DNA of 64,000 nucleotides, taken from assembly GCF_018350175.1 (NCBI RefSeq), contig NC_058368.1, forward strand, positions 118,112,001-118,176,000, read 5' to 3'. Shown here piece after piece: positions 24,036 to 36,289 of the stretch. How positions within the stretch are numbered: the stretch's first letter is position 1; every line of letters starts with the position of its first letter. The DNA comes from Felis catus (Eukaryota). Below the pieces are notes generated by a model, which searched no databases, was not told the DNA's origin, and saw only the letters and a list, made by a program, of their open reading frames with translations. Position numbers and translations under genes: made by a program.

Positions 24036-26609
24036 TTGTTATAGAAACTGTGAATGTGACGAATCCGTTTTCCCTCCCGAGCATGAAAGTGGGTGTTTCA
24101 GTCACTATAAATGTTTTCCAGAGTTACAGTCATCACTCTTTGTAGAGAAGGAGAGGGTCGTTAATGGAATCACGCAGCATGCTGGTGAGGGGAGAGGCTG
24201 ATTGACCATTTCTGCCCTCTGAGGGGCTTGAGGGTATAGTCATCACCGAAAGGTCAGCGTCTTTTATCCCCCAGGTAACCTTATCAAGTGTGCACCTGAC
24301 ATTTTCCCTTTCTTGGGCTCCTTTGCCTCCCTTCACATCCAAGCCAACCACATCCCATGACTGTATTCAGGAAACAAGAAAATAGAGTATATCATAAATT
24401 TAAACTTTGCACACGTGTCCGCTGCTGGAGGTGGCTTGGCTGCTTACTCAGGATGGAGATGTTACATAACCGTGCTGCTGCTGGCTGCCCCGTGCCCCAG
24501 CTTTTCTCTAGGATTCGTATTTCTTCCAAAGTAGAACCTGCCACAGGCTAACAGGATCCTTTTCCAGACATTTTGATCCCCTGTCTGACCTCCTCTGCCC
24601 TCTCCTCCCCACATCAGATCATGTGGGGGCCACTCTTGCGCTGGCCATGCCCTGGTCAGCCCATGTGGCTGGATGAGGTGGTGTTTCCTTTGTTCTGTGT
24701 CAACATTTGTGAGGGGCTTATGTGGAAATAAAGACTTCCCCGTCCGTTAAGGGGCTTGTGTGCTGAACTGCTTTCCGTGTGCTAGCCTTTGGCACTCACA
24801 ACAGATCTTTCACCCTGTACCATGTCTAGCTTCTTGACTATAGCTAGTGTCTATTGCTTTTGGCTTTTTGTGTTTGTTGCTGGTAGAGAAGTCAGCAGAG
24901 GGCTCCAAATAGGAAACCAAAATGGCTCCTGGGCAGTTTTATCTGGAAGGCTCTCCTGCTTTTGTGACCCTGTGATCCATTGGTACCATAATAGTGGTCT
25001 CTGATTTGGAGAGATCTCACTCAGCATGCTGGCAATCGGCTGTGGCCAGGGGAAGCCTGTAGAGATGATCGTATTGGAAGGGCCAGATGGCAGCAAACTC
25101 TGGAGTTCTAAGTCCCCACTCTGCTCAAAGGTGCCTGAGGAATAGCAGCCTACTGACAGCTTGAAGTATGGTGCACTGGATAATTGGCTTCCTCATTTAG
25201 TAATTTGTCTGCTTTCTTTCCTCTTCCCCTGCTTCCTCTCTTCTTGTAAACTGATAGCCTCCTGCCTCTTCAGTAGGCTGATAGAGAGTCCCCTGAGCAA
25301 TGGCTAAGGGGAGGGGGTGGCTGGAGCCCCAGGTGGAGGGTCATTTGCAAAACTGACACAGAAAATAACCATCTTTCTTCCCCGTTTTTCCTCTGATTAC
25401 CCATCTTGATTTTAGTCTCTCTCTTTCATTATCTCCTTATTCTCTGTCAATGTCCCCTTGCCACTTGATACTCGTATTTTTCTTTATTTCTTCTGGTAGA
25501 CTTTCCTATTCTGTCTCCTTTTCCCCAGTCCTTTCTGCTTTTCCTACCCTTCCCTTTTTCTTTCTTTCATTCTTTCTTTTATCCTCCCCCACCCCCTGCC
25601 ATTTCTGTTCCCTTTGCCTCCACAGTTGTTCCAGTTAAAGTCAATTCAAAAAAGGAAATTCCACCACATTTATTCAGGGTAACCTACCTTTTTCTTCTTG
25701 TCATTTTTTTTTTAAATCTAAGGGAGGAAGAAAGAAATTTAAAAACCCATATCCGGCCCCTTCTGGCACCCTCATCCTCTCAAATGTGTTTGTCTTTAGG
25801 TGTCGGAAGTCCCAGGACACAACATCTCTGCCTCGTTGAAAGTGCAGATGCGCCACTCAGAGATTTTACACTTGGACCTGGGGGGTGACGTCTGGTTTCA
25901 CTTAATAAGTCATTTTGGTCTCCAGGTGGAATTCAAATTATTCCACTGCAAACAGGAGCAGACCTGCCCCTGGTGCTGGAAGAGTTAAGTCAGATGTCTC
26001 AGGCCGCCCACACCCTGGAAGGGCAATGTCAACCTGAACCGTCTCCTCAAGGTGTTTTCCCAGGGTCTGGGTCATCCTGATGGCACAGGTAGAGAGGGTC
26101 TCTGCTTCTGCCTCATGGTAGACCAGTTGGGTCCACGGTCACAAGGCTGTCTGAGCAGTCTGAGTGAACCCCACTGACAAGGGACTTTGCTGAGAGGTCA
26201 AGGGGACAGCCGCTGCCATTCCCCACTCTTCCCCAGTTTTCATCTTATAGTTAGAGGTTACAGAGTGCGACTAAGCCAGTGACTCCCATTCTTTTTTAGA
26301 GAGAAGAGCTGGGTCCCAGCTCCCGCAGTTGTGCGACCTTAGACAAATTAGTCGTCCTCTCTGAATGCACATAATCTTCCCGAGGACCTTGGTCTGTTGT
26401 GTTTACAGCTACATCGCATCTAATACACATGATGCAACTCCTAGATGTTCAATAGATGCGTTTCAGGGGTGAATGTAACGTGAAGAGCAAGGACTCCATT
26501 CCAGACTGCCTGGGTTCAGATTCCAGTTCTGCCACTTACCATGGAAACCTGGGCCAATCACGTCATCTTCCTTGCTCAGTTTCTTTCTCTGGGAAAACAG
26601 ACAGGATTT

Positions 26610-27060
26610 ATGCTAGTGTCCTAGGGCTACCATAACAAATTACCACAAACTTGGTGGCTTAAAACAACAGAAACTTATTGTTTCACAGTTCGGGAGGCCA
26701 GAAGGCCAAAATCAAAGTGTCTGAGGGCCCTGCTCCCTGCCAAGTCTCTATGGGAGAATCCTTCCTTGACTCTTCCAGCTTCTGGAAGGTCCAGGTCTTC
26801 CTTGGCTTGTGGCTGCATCTCTTTACTCCGTTGTCACATGGCTCTTCCCCTCTTCTCTGTGTCATCTCCTCTTTTGTTTTTTCTAAGGATACTTGACATT
26901 AGCTTTATGACCTGCCTGGATGATCCAAGATGGTTTCATCTAGAGACGCTTAAGTAAATCTGCAAAGACCCTTTTTCCAAATAAGGTCATATTCCTAGTT
27001 TCTGGGGAGTAGGCTGTGGTGGGCATATCTTTTTAGGGGCCAACATTCAAGCCACTGCAC
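26610..27060 (-). mobile_element. ERVL-MaLR solo LTR (MLT1C/D-like), inserted in a MIR
   Basis: cctagggctaccataacaaattaccacaaacttggtggcttaaaacaacagaaa..gcaaagacccttttccaaataaggtc. Confidence 0.85.
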
Positions 27061-27084
27061 TATTGTTATGAAGATCAATTAAAA

Positions 27085-27305
27085 AACAATTAAAAAAATT
27101 TTTTTAATATTTATTTTTGAGACAGAGAGAGGCAGAGCACAAGTGAGGGAGGGGAAGAGAGAGAGGGAGACACAGAATCTGAAACAGGCTCCAGGCTCTG
27201 AGCTGTCAGCACAGATTCCCATGTGGGGCTCAAACCCATGAACCACGAGATCGTGACCTGAGCTGAAGTCAGACGCTCAACTGACCTAGCCACCCAGGCA
27301 CCCCT
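27085..27305 (-). mobile_element. CanSINE nested in the tail of the next SINE
   Basis: Full element flanked by duplicated taaaa..ttttttaat. Confidence 0.92.
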
Positions 27306-27527
27306 AAAATTTTTTTTTAATGTTTACTTATATTTGAGACAGAGAAACAGAGCTTGAGCGGGGGAGGGGCAGAGAGAGAGAGAGAGAGGGAGACATAGAA
27401 TCTGAAGCAAGCTCCAGACTCTGAGCTGTCAGCACAGAGCCTGTTGCGGGGCTTGAACTCACGAACCATGAGATTATGACCTGAGCTGAAGTTGGACGCT
27501 TAACCGACCGAGCCATCCAGATGCCCC
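27306..27527 (-). mobile_element. CanSINE
   Basis: Outer TSD atgaagatcaatt brackets both SINEs. Confidence 0.92.
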
Positions 27528-28233
27528 ATGAAGATCAATTTAATTAACATACATCAAGCGCTTAGGGCAATGCCTCACATGTGTAAGAGTGAAATAAGTG
27601 CTTTCTTTAGATCTCACAATAATCCTATAATAAAAACTGAGACACATATGTGTGACGTGCTATAGAGTCTAGCACACAGTAAGAGCTCAGTGGATGTTAG
27701 TTAGTTATTAACTTAGTGTATTTGTGTCGAAGGCGAACTGTGAACCAGGTGTCCTGTTCTAGGTACTGGCAATACCAGAACAATAAATAACATATTATAA
27801 ATAATAATAAAGGATAAAGAACCCAGGAAAGCCTTTTTCCTTGATTGTGCTTACGTTCCAGTACTTTCCATGAATACCGTGTTCATCGCCACCACTGTCA
27901 GGGATGCAGGCCTCGTCATGCCGAGCCACCCTCACAAGATGCCGAAGAATGGGTTTCCTAGGCAGAAGAGGTCAAAGAAAACAGCCCACAGCCAAAACCA
28001 AACTTCTTCTTCTTCTTCTTCTTTTTTTTTTTTTTAAATTATTATTTGTAGGGATCTGGTGGAGGAGCAAGGGACATCAATCTTGTCTGAAAGTCCTGTC
28101 AGCTCCTGGTTTTACAGTGGTGCCAGGATGCTGTGGGGGGCAGGGTCAGGCAAGGCTGTTGGAGATGAGCTGAGACCGGTGGGCAGTGGGCCACAGGGTG
28201 CATTAACCTCAGAAAGCAGCATTGCTGGTCCCC

Positions 28234-28247
28234 GTTGCCATGACAAC
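28234..28247. promoter_or_regulatory. RFX X-box motif
   Basis: GTTGCCATGACAAC, one mismatch from the palindrome GTTGCCATGGCAAC, in non-repeat sequence. Confidence 0.5.
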
Positions 28248-29199
28248 AGCGGACCGTGCCAGGAGACCCAAAGAACGAATTAAATGGAAGGAAATTGCTG
28301 CTGCCCTCTGAAGAAAAAAGAAATTAAAGCAGGCTTCTCAGGAATCTGTGGATGTCTCTTTGACCTCCACACTCACGTTGAATATGTCAGCAAGGAACAC
28401 TCTTGGGGTGTGGGGGTTGGGGGGACCCGCCCTGCCCACAGGATGTCCTTCTGAGAAGGAAGACTGATTGCACGGATCGCACATGGTGACTTTCCCCCGC
28501 CAGCCCCAGAACAAGAACCCGGCTCAGCAGTGGCAGCCTGTGCTTAGCCTCGCCAGCGATGGCCTGTTTTACCTTCCAGCTCATCCCACATCTGTTGAGT
28601 TTGCCCTGATGGGACGCGGTGACCTGGAAACTCACACAGAGCTCTGTTTTGGAATAGACTGTATAGAAAATAAACATGTGGGATAAATAAAGCACAGGGC
28701 AGGAAGTAATGGTTTTAAAAAGTTACCAGGAAAACCACGGGTGAGGTCAGGTTCAGAGAGCGTATGGTGTTCGGAGGCCCTTAGTACTGACATCACTCAA
28801 ATTGCTCAGTAGGGACCTCCAAGGGAAGTGGTTGCTATTGGAGTTGGCCCGGCGCTCAACGCGCTACCAAGCAGGGGAGCCCTGACCCACTTTCCCCACC
28901 CCCACCCCTTTTTTAAAAGCAGGTTTTGCTGCTTGTTGTGAGGCCTCCAACAGGGCAGCGGAGTCAATGAAGTGGATGTGGTGTTTTGTTGACTAGTTCA
29001 TACGTCAGAGTCCATGTCTCCCTTATGGAGACCAGCCAGCGTTGTAAACGGACGGTGTAGGATAGGACCAAAGCGAGAGCCTCTGCATAGCCCCTTCCTT
29101 TGGCTCCCTAGGCTCAGGCGGCATCCCAGGGCACTGTGATTCGTTCAGGGCTCTGCCCTGCTGAGAAAGAGAGAAAATGGCCTTTTAAAGTAATCAAAC

Positions 29200-29825
29200 C
29201 AGAGGGCAGACTGCAGTGAAACCTCCTGATAATTGGATCATGGGTTGTCATGCCCTCCCTACAAATGCACCAATGGCTTTGCTTAGTACTTAGAATAGCA
29301 TCCAGACCTCCTGCCGTAATCTTCAAGGCCCTCCCTGACGCAGTTACTGCAGACTTATCTGACCCTGTCTTCCAGTGCTCTGCTTCCCTAATGCTTTTCC
29401 AGCCACTTGGCTCGCTCTTTCTGTTCCTAAAGCACCCCCAGCTCATTCCTTCCCCAGGATCTTTGCACAGGGTCTCTACTTCTGCCTGGGAATCTGTCCC
29501 CAGATCCCCATGTGCTGGCTCTTTCTATGATTGCGCTCAGATGTCATTTTCTCAGAGAGACCTGTGCCCTTGCCTGGTCTAAAATGGCCGTGTGCCTCAC
29601 CAGTCACATGACGACTGCACTTCAGCTTCCTTTCCTGCATGACACTGACCACTATCCGAAGTCATCTTATCTGTTTACTCGTTTATTATTGTTGCCCCTC
29701 ACCCTCAAATGTAAGCTCCATGGGAATAGCAAGCGTGACATTCTTGCTTGCTGCTGTAATTTCCAACTTCTAAAATCGTGCCTGGCTTCTAGTAGGTTCC
29801 TGAATATTTGTAGAGTGAATGCATG
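29200..29825 (+). mobile_element. L2 3' region
   Basis: ttcaaggccctccctga..ctttgcacagg..aaatgtaagctccatggga..agtaggttcctgaatatttgtagagtgaatg. Confidence 0.8.
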
Positions 29826-29924
29826 CTTGCCAGAATTGTGGGCTTTCTAAAACACTGCCCAGGAGAAGAGAGATCATAAATTCTCAAGTAATGAGTTCGT
29901 CTTGGGACCCAGTGACCCTAATCA

Positions 29925-30157
29925 AAAAAACCTTTTTTTAGTGTTTATTTTTATTTTGTGAGAGAGACAGACAGACAGAGAGAGAGAGAGAGGCAGCAGG
30001 GGAGGGGCAGAGAGAGAGGGAGAGAAAGAATCCCAAGCAGGCTCCATACTGTCAGTGCAGAGCCTGATGCAGGGCTTGATCTCATGAACTGTGAGATCTT
30101 GAACTGAGCTGAAATCAAGAGTCAGGTACTTACCTGACTGAGCCACCCAGGCACCCC
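29925..30157 (-). mobile_element. CanSINE
   Basis: TSD cccagtgac(c/t)c. Confidence 0.92.
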
Positions 30158-30264
30158 TCCCAGTGACTCCAATTTTAAAAGATGTGGACTGTCTTCACAG
30201 AGCTACTTTGGACGGAGATCTTGCCTAATGGAATGTGATAAACACAGTTTGGGGGAGGAGGTTA

Positions 30265-30725
30265 CCATTAGGATAGTTTCTGCTACAAGAAACAGAAAAC
30301 TCAATTAAAATTAGTGTAAATATTTACAACAGTTACCAGCTCACTTAGCAAGAAATCCTAGGGTAGAGCTGTTCTGAGGTTGCTTAACAAGAGTATCAAG
30401 GACTCAGGTTCCTTCTATCTTTCCATTCTGCTCTTCTCCACATATGGCTTTTCCTCTTAGGTTTGTCCTCATGTTGCAGAATGGCTAAGGATATCATCTC
30501 ACACGATCGATTTGAAAACCAGGGGAAGGGAACAGCCCTGTCTGTTTTCCTTTTTACGGGCAAAATGAGTTTCTCAGCAGGTTTTCCTCTGGTCTCATTG
30601 GCCAGAATTACAACAATTCTCATTCCGATAACAGTCACGGGCAAGAGGAATCCTATTCTATTTAGTTTGATTAATAAAAATTCATACCCTGGGATAGGGG
30701 AGGGGCCCAGCTTCCCCTGATACAC
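30265..30725 (-). mobile_element. Old ERVL-MaLR LTR (MLT1K/L-like)
   Basis: ttaggatagtttctgctacaagaaacagaaaactcaa..tctcattggccagaatt. Confidence 0.6.
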
Positions 30726-32399
30726 TTGGCTTCTAGATACCTGCATTAAATAGTGGCTTTGGGGTTGACAGGATGAGTTCTTTTGCAAAATGAAAGGCCT
30801 TTCTTACTACAGTGCTTTTCAAAGCACAAATCACTCTATCAGCCACTGACAGACACTTGACTGACTAAACCTGGGGCCAGGTTAACAAAGGAGATAAAAA
30901 TCGAAGTTAAAAAGGAAAGATAATGTGGAAAGTATATTATGGGTCACCATGCTAGAATTTCACTGAAAGAATTAGGGTGTCACGTTGTTTCTTCGCCTGG
31001 TTGCCTCAATTGTCCTCTGGTTATAGAGGCAGTTCTGTGAGTTCAACGAATGCACACTGAGCACCTACTTTGTACTAAATTCTGATCCATAATTCCTTTT
31101 TCCCAGGCTACGTTTCACTCCATCATACTCGTGTTCATTCTCAGATACCCAGGGAAGGATACACTTTCATTAACCTACTAGCCCTGTGGCTTTGAATTCA
31201 AGGGAAAATTTTGCCTCTGATTGAATCCTCTGAGTCTCAGAATATGATTTGTTTGGAGACCAACCTTTGACCGTCTATGGCCTGACCAAGTGTATTATTT
31301 TTAGGATATCACAAACACAGATGGTTTTCTGGGTTTCACACTAACTCATCTCTGGTTTCTTTGGGTGCTATTTTCATAACAAATTTAAAAATAACATAAC
31401 CACATTATCTCCTATGTGTGCTCAATACGCTCTTACATGTGTGGTTATCAGCATTTCCTTTCTTCGGTCCATGAGTAAATACTACTTCTTTAGTTTTCCT
31501 TTAATCAAATCCCGCAGGAGTTAGCCCTTGGAAAAAAATCTTTTTATTTCTTCATTCCCACCATGTTTCTTCGAAAAGACCGGGGCCCTACACTTCCTTT
31601 TCTCGAGCTTTCTACGTATCATAGGACTATAATGGAGTGTGCCTGTCTTACCTAACCTAGTAACCTCTTTGTGGTTGGTTTTGGTTTTGTTGTTTTTTTC
31701 TCATAATCGTGAAAAACTTAACGCCCACACAAATAATATAACGGACATCTGTTTACGCGTCACTCAAATTAACGCACGTTTACATTTTGTCATATTCCTT
31801 TCAGATCATTATTTTTTTAAGATGTGAAACATTATAGCTAAAGTCCTTCCCCTACTTCCCCAGAAGAAACCATTAACGGAAAGTGGAAGTGCCTCTTTCC
31901 CATGCATGTTTTATACCTTCCGTTGTAGCTAATCGTTCACGTAACAATATATATTAGCATTTCCACTTTAATAATTTACTAAAATGGTATTATTTTCTAC
32001 ATAGTCTTTGATATATGCTTTTATTTTTACCTTATGTTGCAGAATTATCCCTGTTAATTCAGTAGACTTATCTCATTTTAACTCCTGCTGGTAATTCACT
32101 GCACGAATATAGCAGTGCTGGTTTATTCACATGACCCTATTGATGGATCTTTTGGCCTTTAAAGAAAATATTCTCCTTTTCCAAATTGTTGTATATAATT
32201 TTAAATAGTGCTTAAATGAACATTCTCATACACATTTTCTTGGGCACATATATGAGATGTTCTTTGTTATGTATTTAGAAGTAGAATTGATAGATCACAG
32301 GGTAATGTACCTTTAGAAATTAACTAGAGACTTAGAAATTGCTTTTGAAAGCAATGAAAGGAACTCATAGAACCATTAGCAATGTACGAGAGCTGTCAT

Positions 32400-32628
32400 T
32401 TCTTTTTTTAAAAAAATTTTTAATGTTTTTATTCATTTTTGAGAGACAGAGATACAGAGTGCTGATGGGGGAGGGCAGATAGAGACAGGGAGACAACAGA
32501 ATCTGAAGCAGGCTCCAGTCTCTGAGCTGTCAGCATAGAGCGCAACGCAGGGCTTGAACCCATGAACCGTGAGATCATGACCAGAGCCGAAGTTGGACGC
32601 TTAACTGACTGAGCTACCCAGGCGCCCC
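32400..32628 (-). mobile_element. CanSINE
   Basis: Full element. Confidence 0.92.
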
Positions 32629-33106
32629 AAGACTTGTCTTTTCTTAGCATTCTCACAAACACTTAATTTCATCCGATTTAAAATATTTTTTTGCCCAGTC
32701 CGATGGGTATGAAAATAATATCTATTTTTTTTTAATGTTTGCATTTGCTGGATTGTTAGTGACATTGAGCATCTTTTCATTTGTTTATTGAGCATTTTGG
32801 CCTTCTTTTCAGTTGAATTGCCTGTCTATATCCTTTGTCCGTCCATTTCTATACTGGGTTATTTATTTCCTACTGATTTGTATGAGTTCTTTATGAAGTA
32901 TGGATAGTAATCTTCTGTCAGATCTGAGTGTTCCCAGTATCTTCTCCAGTTCATTTCTCATCTTCTATATTTTGAGTCTTTTATACATAAAGAATTTTAA
33001 CAATTTCATGTAGCCAAATTGGTAAATCATTCCCTTATACTTTGTGCTTTTTATAGGTTAGTCAAAAACTCTTTTCATATTACTCAATTAGAAAAAATCT
33101 CCCTTA

Positions 33107-33300
33107 GGACACCTGAGTGGCTCAGTTGGTTAAGCATTTGACTTCAGCTCAGGTCATGATCTCATAGTTTGTAAGTTCAAGCCCTGCCTTGGGCTCTACA
33201 CTGACTCTGTGGAACCTGCTTGGGATTCTCTCACTCTGCCCCTCCCCCATTCTCTCTTTTTTCCTCTCAAAATAAATAAATAAACTTTAAAAAAAGAAAA
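33107..33300 (+). mobile_element. CanSINE
   Basis: TSD approximately gaaaa.tctcc.tt. Confidence 0.9.
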
Positions 33301-33341
33301 ATTCTCCTTTTTCCCTTCTAAAGCTAAAGGATTACTGATAT

Positions 33342-33567
33342 TAAAAAATTTTTTTTAAATTTTTATTTATTTCTGAGAGAGAGAGAGAGGGAGACAGAAT
33401 GTGAGCTGGGGAGGGCCAGAGAGAGAGGGAGGCACAGAATCTGAAGGAGGCTCCAGGCTCCGAGCTGCCAGCACAGAGCACAACGCGAGGCTCAAACTCA
33501 CGAACCATGAGATCGTGACCTGAACCAAAGTCAGACGCTTAACTGACTGAGCCACTCAGGCACCCCC
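33342..33567 (-). mobile_element. CanSINE
   Basis: TSD tactgatatt. Confidence 0.92.
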
Positions 33568-33835
33568 TACTGATATTTTTCATTTTACCTAGAATGAACT
33601 TTCTTTTACCTAGAATTAATTCTGTGTGTGCTGTGAGTTAGGAGTCGAGTTTGTATTTTTTCACGTTGTTAACCAGTTGTCCTACCCCTGTTTTGAACAA
33701 TCTCACCTTTGTTATGTATCCTTAATAGGCGCGATGCAGTATCTCTGGCCTATCTGAAAACATGGTAATGTAATGAAAGTAATCTGTTTTATTCCGTGAG
33801 GCTCAACCCCATCATTGTTCTTTTCATACCCTGTG

Positions 33836-34030
33836 CTAGTGATTCTTAAACTCTAGGGTGACCTAGAATCAGTCACTTGGGTAGTGTACGGAAAATGTGA
33901 ATTCTTAGGGCCCACCTCAGATCTCTAAGTCAGAATCTTTGAGGGCATGTACCCAGGAATCTGCATTTTACACAAATGGACTGGCTGAGTTTGTTGCAGG
34001 TGCCCTACAGCGTACCCTGAGAAATGCTGC
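33836..34030. mobile_element. MER5A-like hAT-Charlie MITE
   Basis: tagtgattcttaaact..agaatca..cccaggaatctgcatttta..tgagaaatgctg. Confidence 0.75.
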
Positions 34031-34114
34031 CCTTAACACTGGGAAGTACAGTTTTCCCTCTTCCATACTTTACATCTTCCAGGTGGTACAATTTAAATAT
34101 TGTACTTTCTCTCT

Positions 34115-34115
<1 letters not shown>

Positions 34116-34154
<39 letters not shown>
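34116..34154. repeat. (CA)n microsatellite
   Basis: Direct reading. Confidence 0.97.
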
Positions 34155-34156
<2 letters not shown>

Positions 34157-34497
34157 AAACTTACCTGTTAAAGGGTCCCAACCCAACCCTTTGATGAAAA
34201 TGGAAAGAGTCTCAATCTTCAGTCTTCTGTGATTGTTGTGGGCACTTTAATTTTCCCAAGGGAGCCAGGTAATATTTGTTAGGCTGGTAAAAATGAACTA
34301 CTAGGAGTTCAGAGAGCCTAGAGATCCATAGCACATGCCAGTTTTCTGCTCAATTTGGCCATCATGCGTATTTTATGCTATTAGCTCCTTTCTTTGCAGT
34401 TTTGCTCTTTCCTGCCGAATCTGTGCTGTTCACTCTGGTTAGAGGCATGGTAGGAGTTTTACTATCGGGAAGACAATTTAAAATAATAATAACTCAC

Positions 34498-34643
34498 CCG
34501 CAAGCCTACACCCTTGGTGGTGGTTTCCATTGCTGCTGTCAGCAGACCCTTCCCAGGGGAGGGGCTGGGTGGCCCTATGATCTAAGCCCTTTCTTGGGAT
34601 ACCTAGACTCCTCGGCACCATGGGGCCGAGGCAGCCTTTTATG
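34498..34643 (-). promoter_or_regulatory. Candidate TATA-like promoter and first exon of an unidentified transcript
   Basis: CATAAAAG (34643-34636); GCAGCAATGG Kozak context at 34530; 11 codons METTTKGVGLR; donor CGG|GTGAGT at 34498/34497. Confidence 0.35.
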
Positions 34644-36289
34644 TTTCAGAAGCAGGAAGATTGAGTTTCTCAAACTGGCATGTATGTGTGTGGAGGGCAA
34701 TGTGGATGAGTTGCTGGTGGTAACAAAGACTTGTCTGCTAATTTCGAATGTTAAAGAGCCCAGAGAAGGAATGTTTTTTAACACAAGGGTACAGGAGCTC
34801 CATTTCCTGGGACAGGATGTAAAACTAGATGAAAACTCAAAAGCCTTACCTGGAATATTTATTTTTTTTTTACTTGTAAGAGAGGCACTATTTTCTCTTT
34901 TTCATTTTGAAGGTTTGATGCTCTGATGGTTTTGATGTCAGGAGAGCATGCCAAATATTATGCAAATCATCAGGAAACATCTATTCTCCCTGCTGCTTCA
35001 TTTTCAGGCAAATTCCAGACCCCAAAATGAGAACGATGGGAAATCTAATCTTTGAATAAATGACTCTCGATATCATTTCCAGGCACCAAATGTTATCACT
35101 CTCAGAGCTTTTCCTTTGATTTTTGATGGGGAATCTGATCCTTTCCATTGACGGGGAGGGTGCCCTATCCTTTAATAGGTTCCATGGAGAAATAGAATTT
35201 TTATCTTTTTTTCTGAGTATTGTTAGCTCAAATAAGTAAGCAGAGGGAAATAGTGACTGATGTGGACAAATATGACCAGTTGTTGGAAAACAAGTAGGGA
35301 ATCCCAGGAAAAGGGTAATCTTTCTAACAGGTGCATTTCTCTCTGACTTATCTCTCTGGATCTCTCTTGGGAAATGCTTTGGTCTGTGTTCACTTGGTGT
35401 TGACAACACTGAATGCACCTCCCTAGCCACAGATAAAATAGAGTTGTTCATTATTAACCTCTTGGACTTTGCACAGACACCTGCTTATGCAATTTAGTGA
35501 TCCCTGGTGGCCGGAAACCCTTGGAGGTGTGGACTATCTTCACATCCACAGTGCAAATATGAAGTGCAGGGCTCAGGTTCCTGGCACTCAGAGTTTTCCA
35601 ATGCCGAGGTCTATTTTAAAGTGGTCACGGTATATATTACCAGAGCACAAGAATGGAAAGCCAGATGTACTAATGGTATTAATGAAGTCTACAGAACACA
35701 CAAATATTTGGCTAGTAATCTGCATTTATTATTTTAAAAACAGAAACAGCATTAGGAAGAGGTAAAACCAGAACTTGAACTTAGGTCTGAGTGATACCAA
35801 AGTCTGTATTCTTATCATAAGACTCTATTGCTCCTCTTGGGATTATAGGAAAGACCCATATAATTGATCATTGAAAGGATTGATTGACCATATCACCCAG
35901 AAAAAAATACCCTTAATATATGGAGGTTTTTCTGCATTTATGAAGGTTAAAGTTTTACACAGGATATTAGATGTAGAGCTGTTGATATCAATGACGATAA
36001 GGTACCTATTGATGATCACATAACAGTGGGATTTTGTTCTCATTGATAACTATGTAATTAGCATAGTTTCCTACCCCTCATCCCCAAAGAGAGGGAGAGA
36101 ATACATTTCATTGTCTTTAATACAGATAAGTTCGCTCCCCCTCCTTGAGGATGTGGAGTAGGAAAAGGGAAGCCAATAACAGGCAAGCTACATTAGAATC
36201 CAGCTATGCTCAGACAGAAAAGACAAGTGGATTTTCCCTATCAGGATACAAACATGTTCTTGTAACTCCAATATTAAACAAAATAGGCT

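Larger units (their letters stand above)
31690..33750 (-). mobile_element. Old L1 (L1ME/MC-like) 3' region, interrupted by three SINEs
   Basis: tttgcatttgctggattgttagtgacattgagcatcttttcatttgtttattg and similar L1 ORF2-end/3'UTR motifs. Confidence 0.75.

Noticed and set aside
25926..25948. Inverted repeat GTGGAAT-N7-ATTCCAC as a structured RNA
   Set aside because: The stem is only about 7 bp, expected by chance in 64 kb.
34375..34926. Longest ORF in the track (183 aa, plus strand)
   Set aside because: No recognisable domain and composition typical of random T-rich DNA. The splice and promoter signals here point to the opposite strand.
34981..35451. 156-aa minus-strand ORF
   Set aside because: No recognisable homology or convincing exon boundaries.
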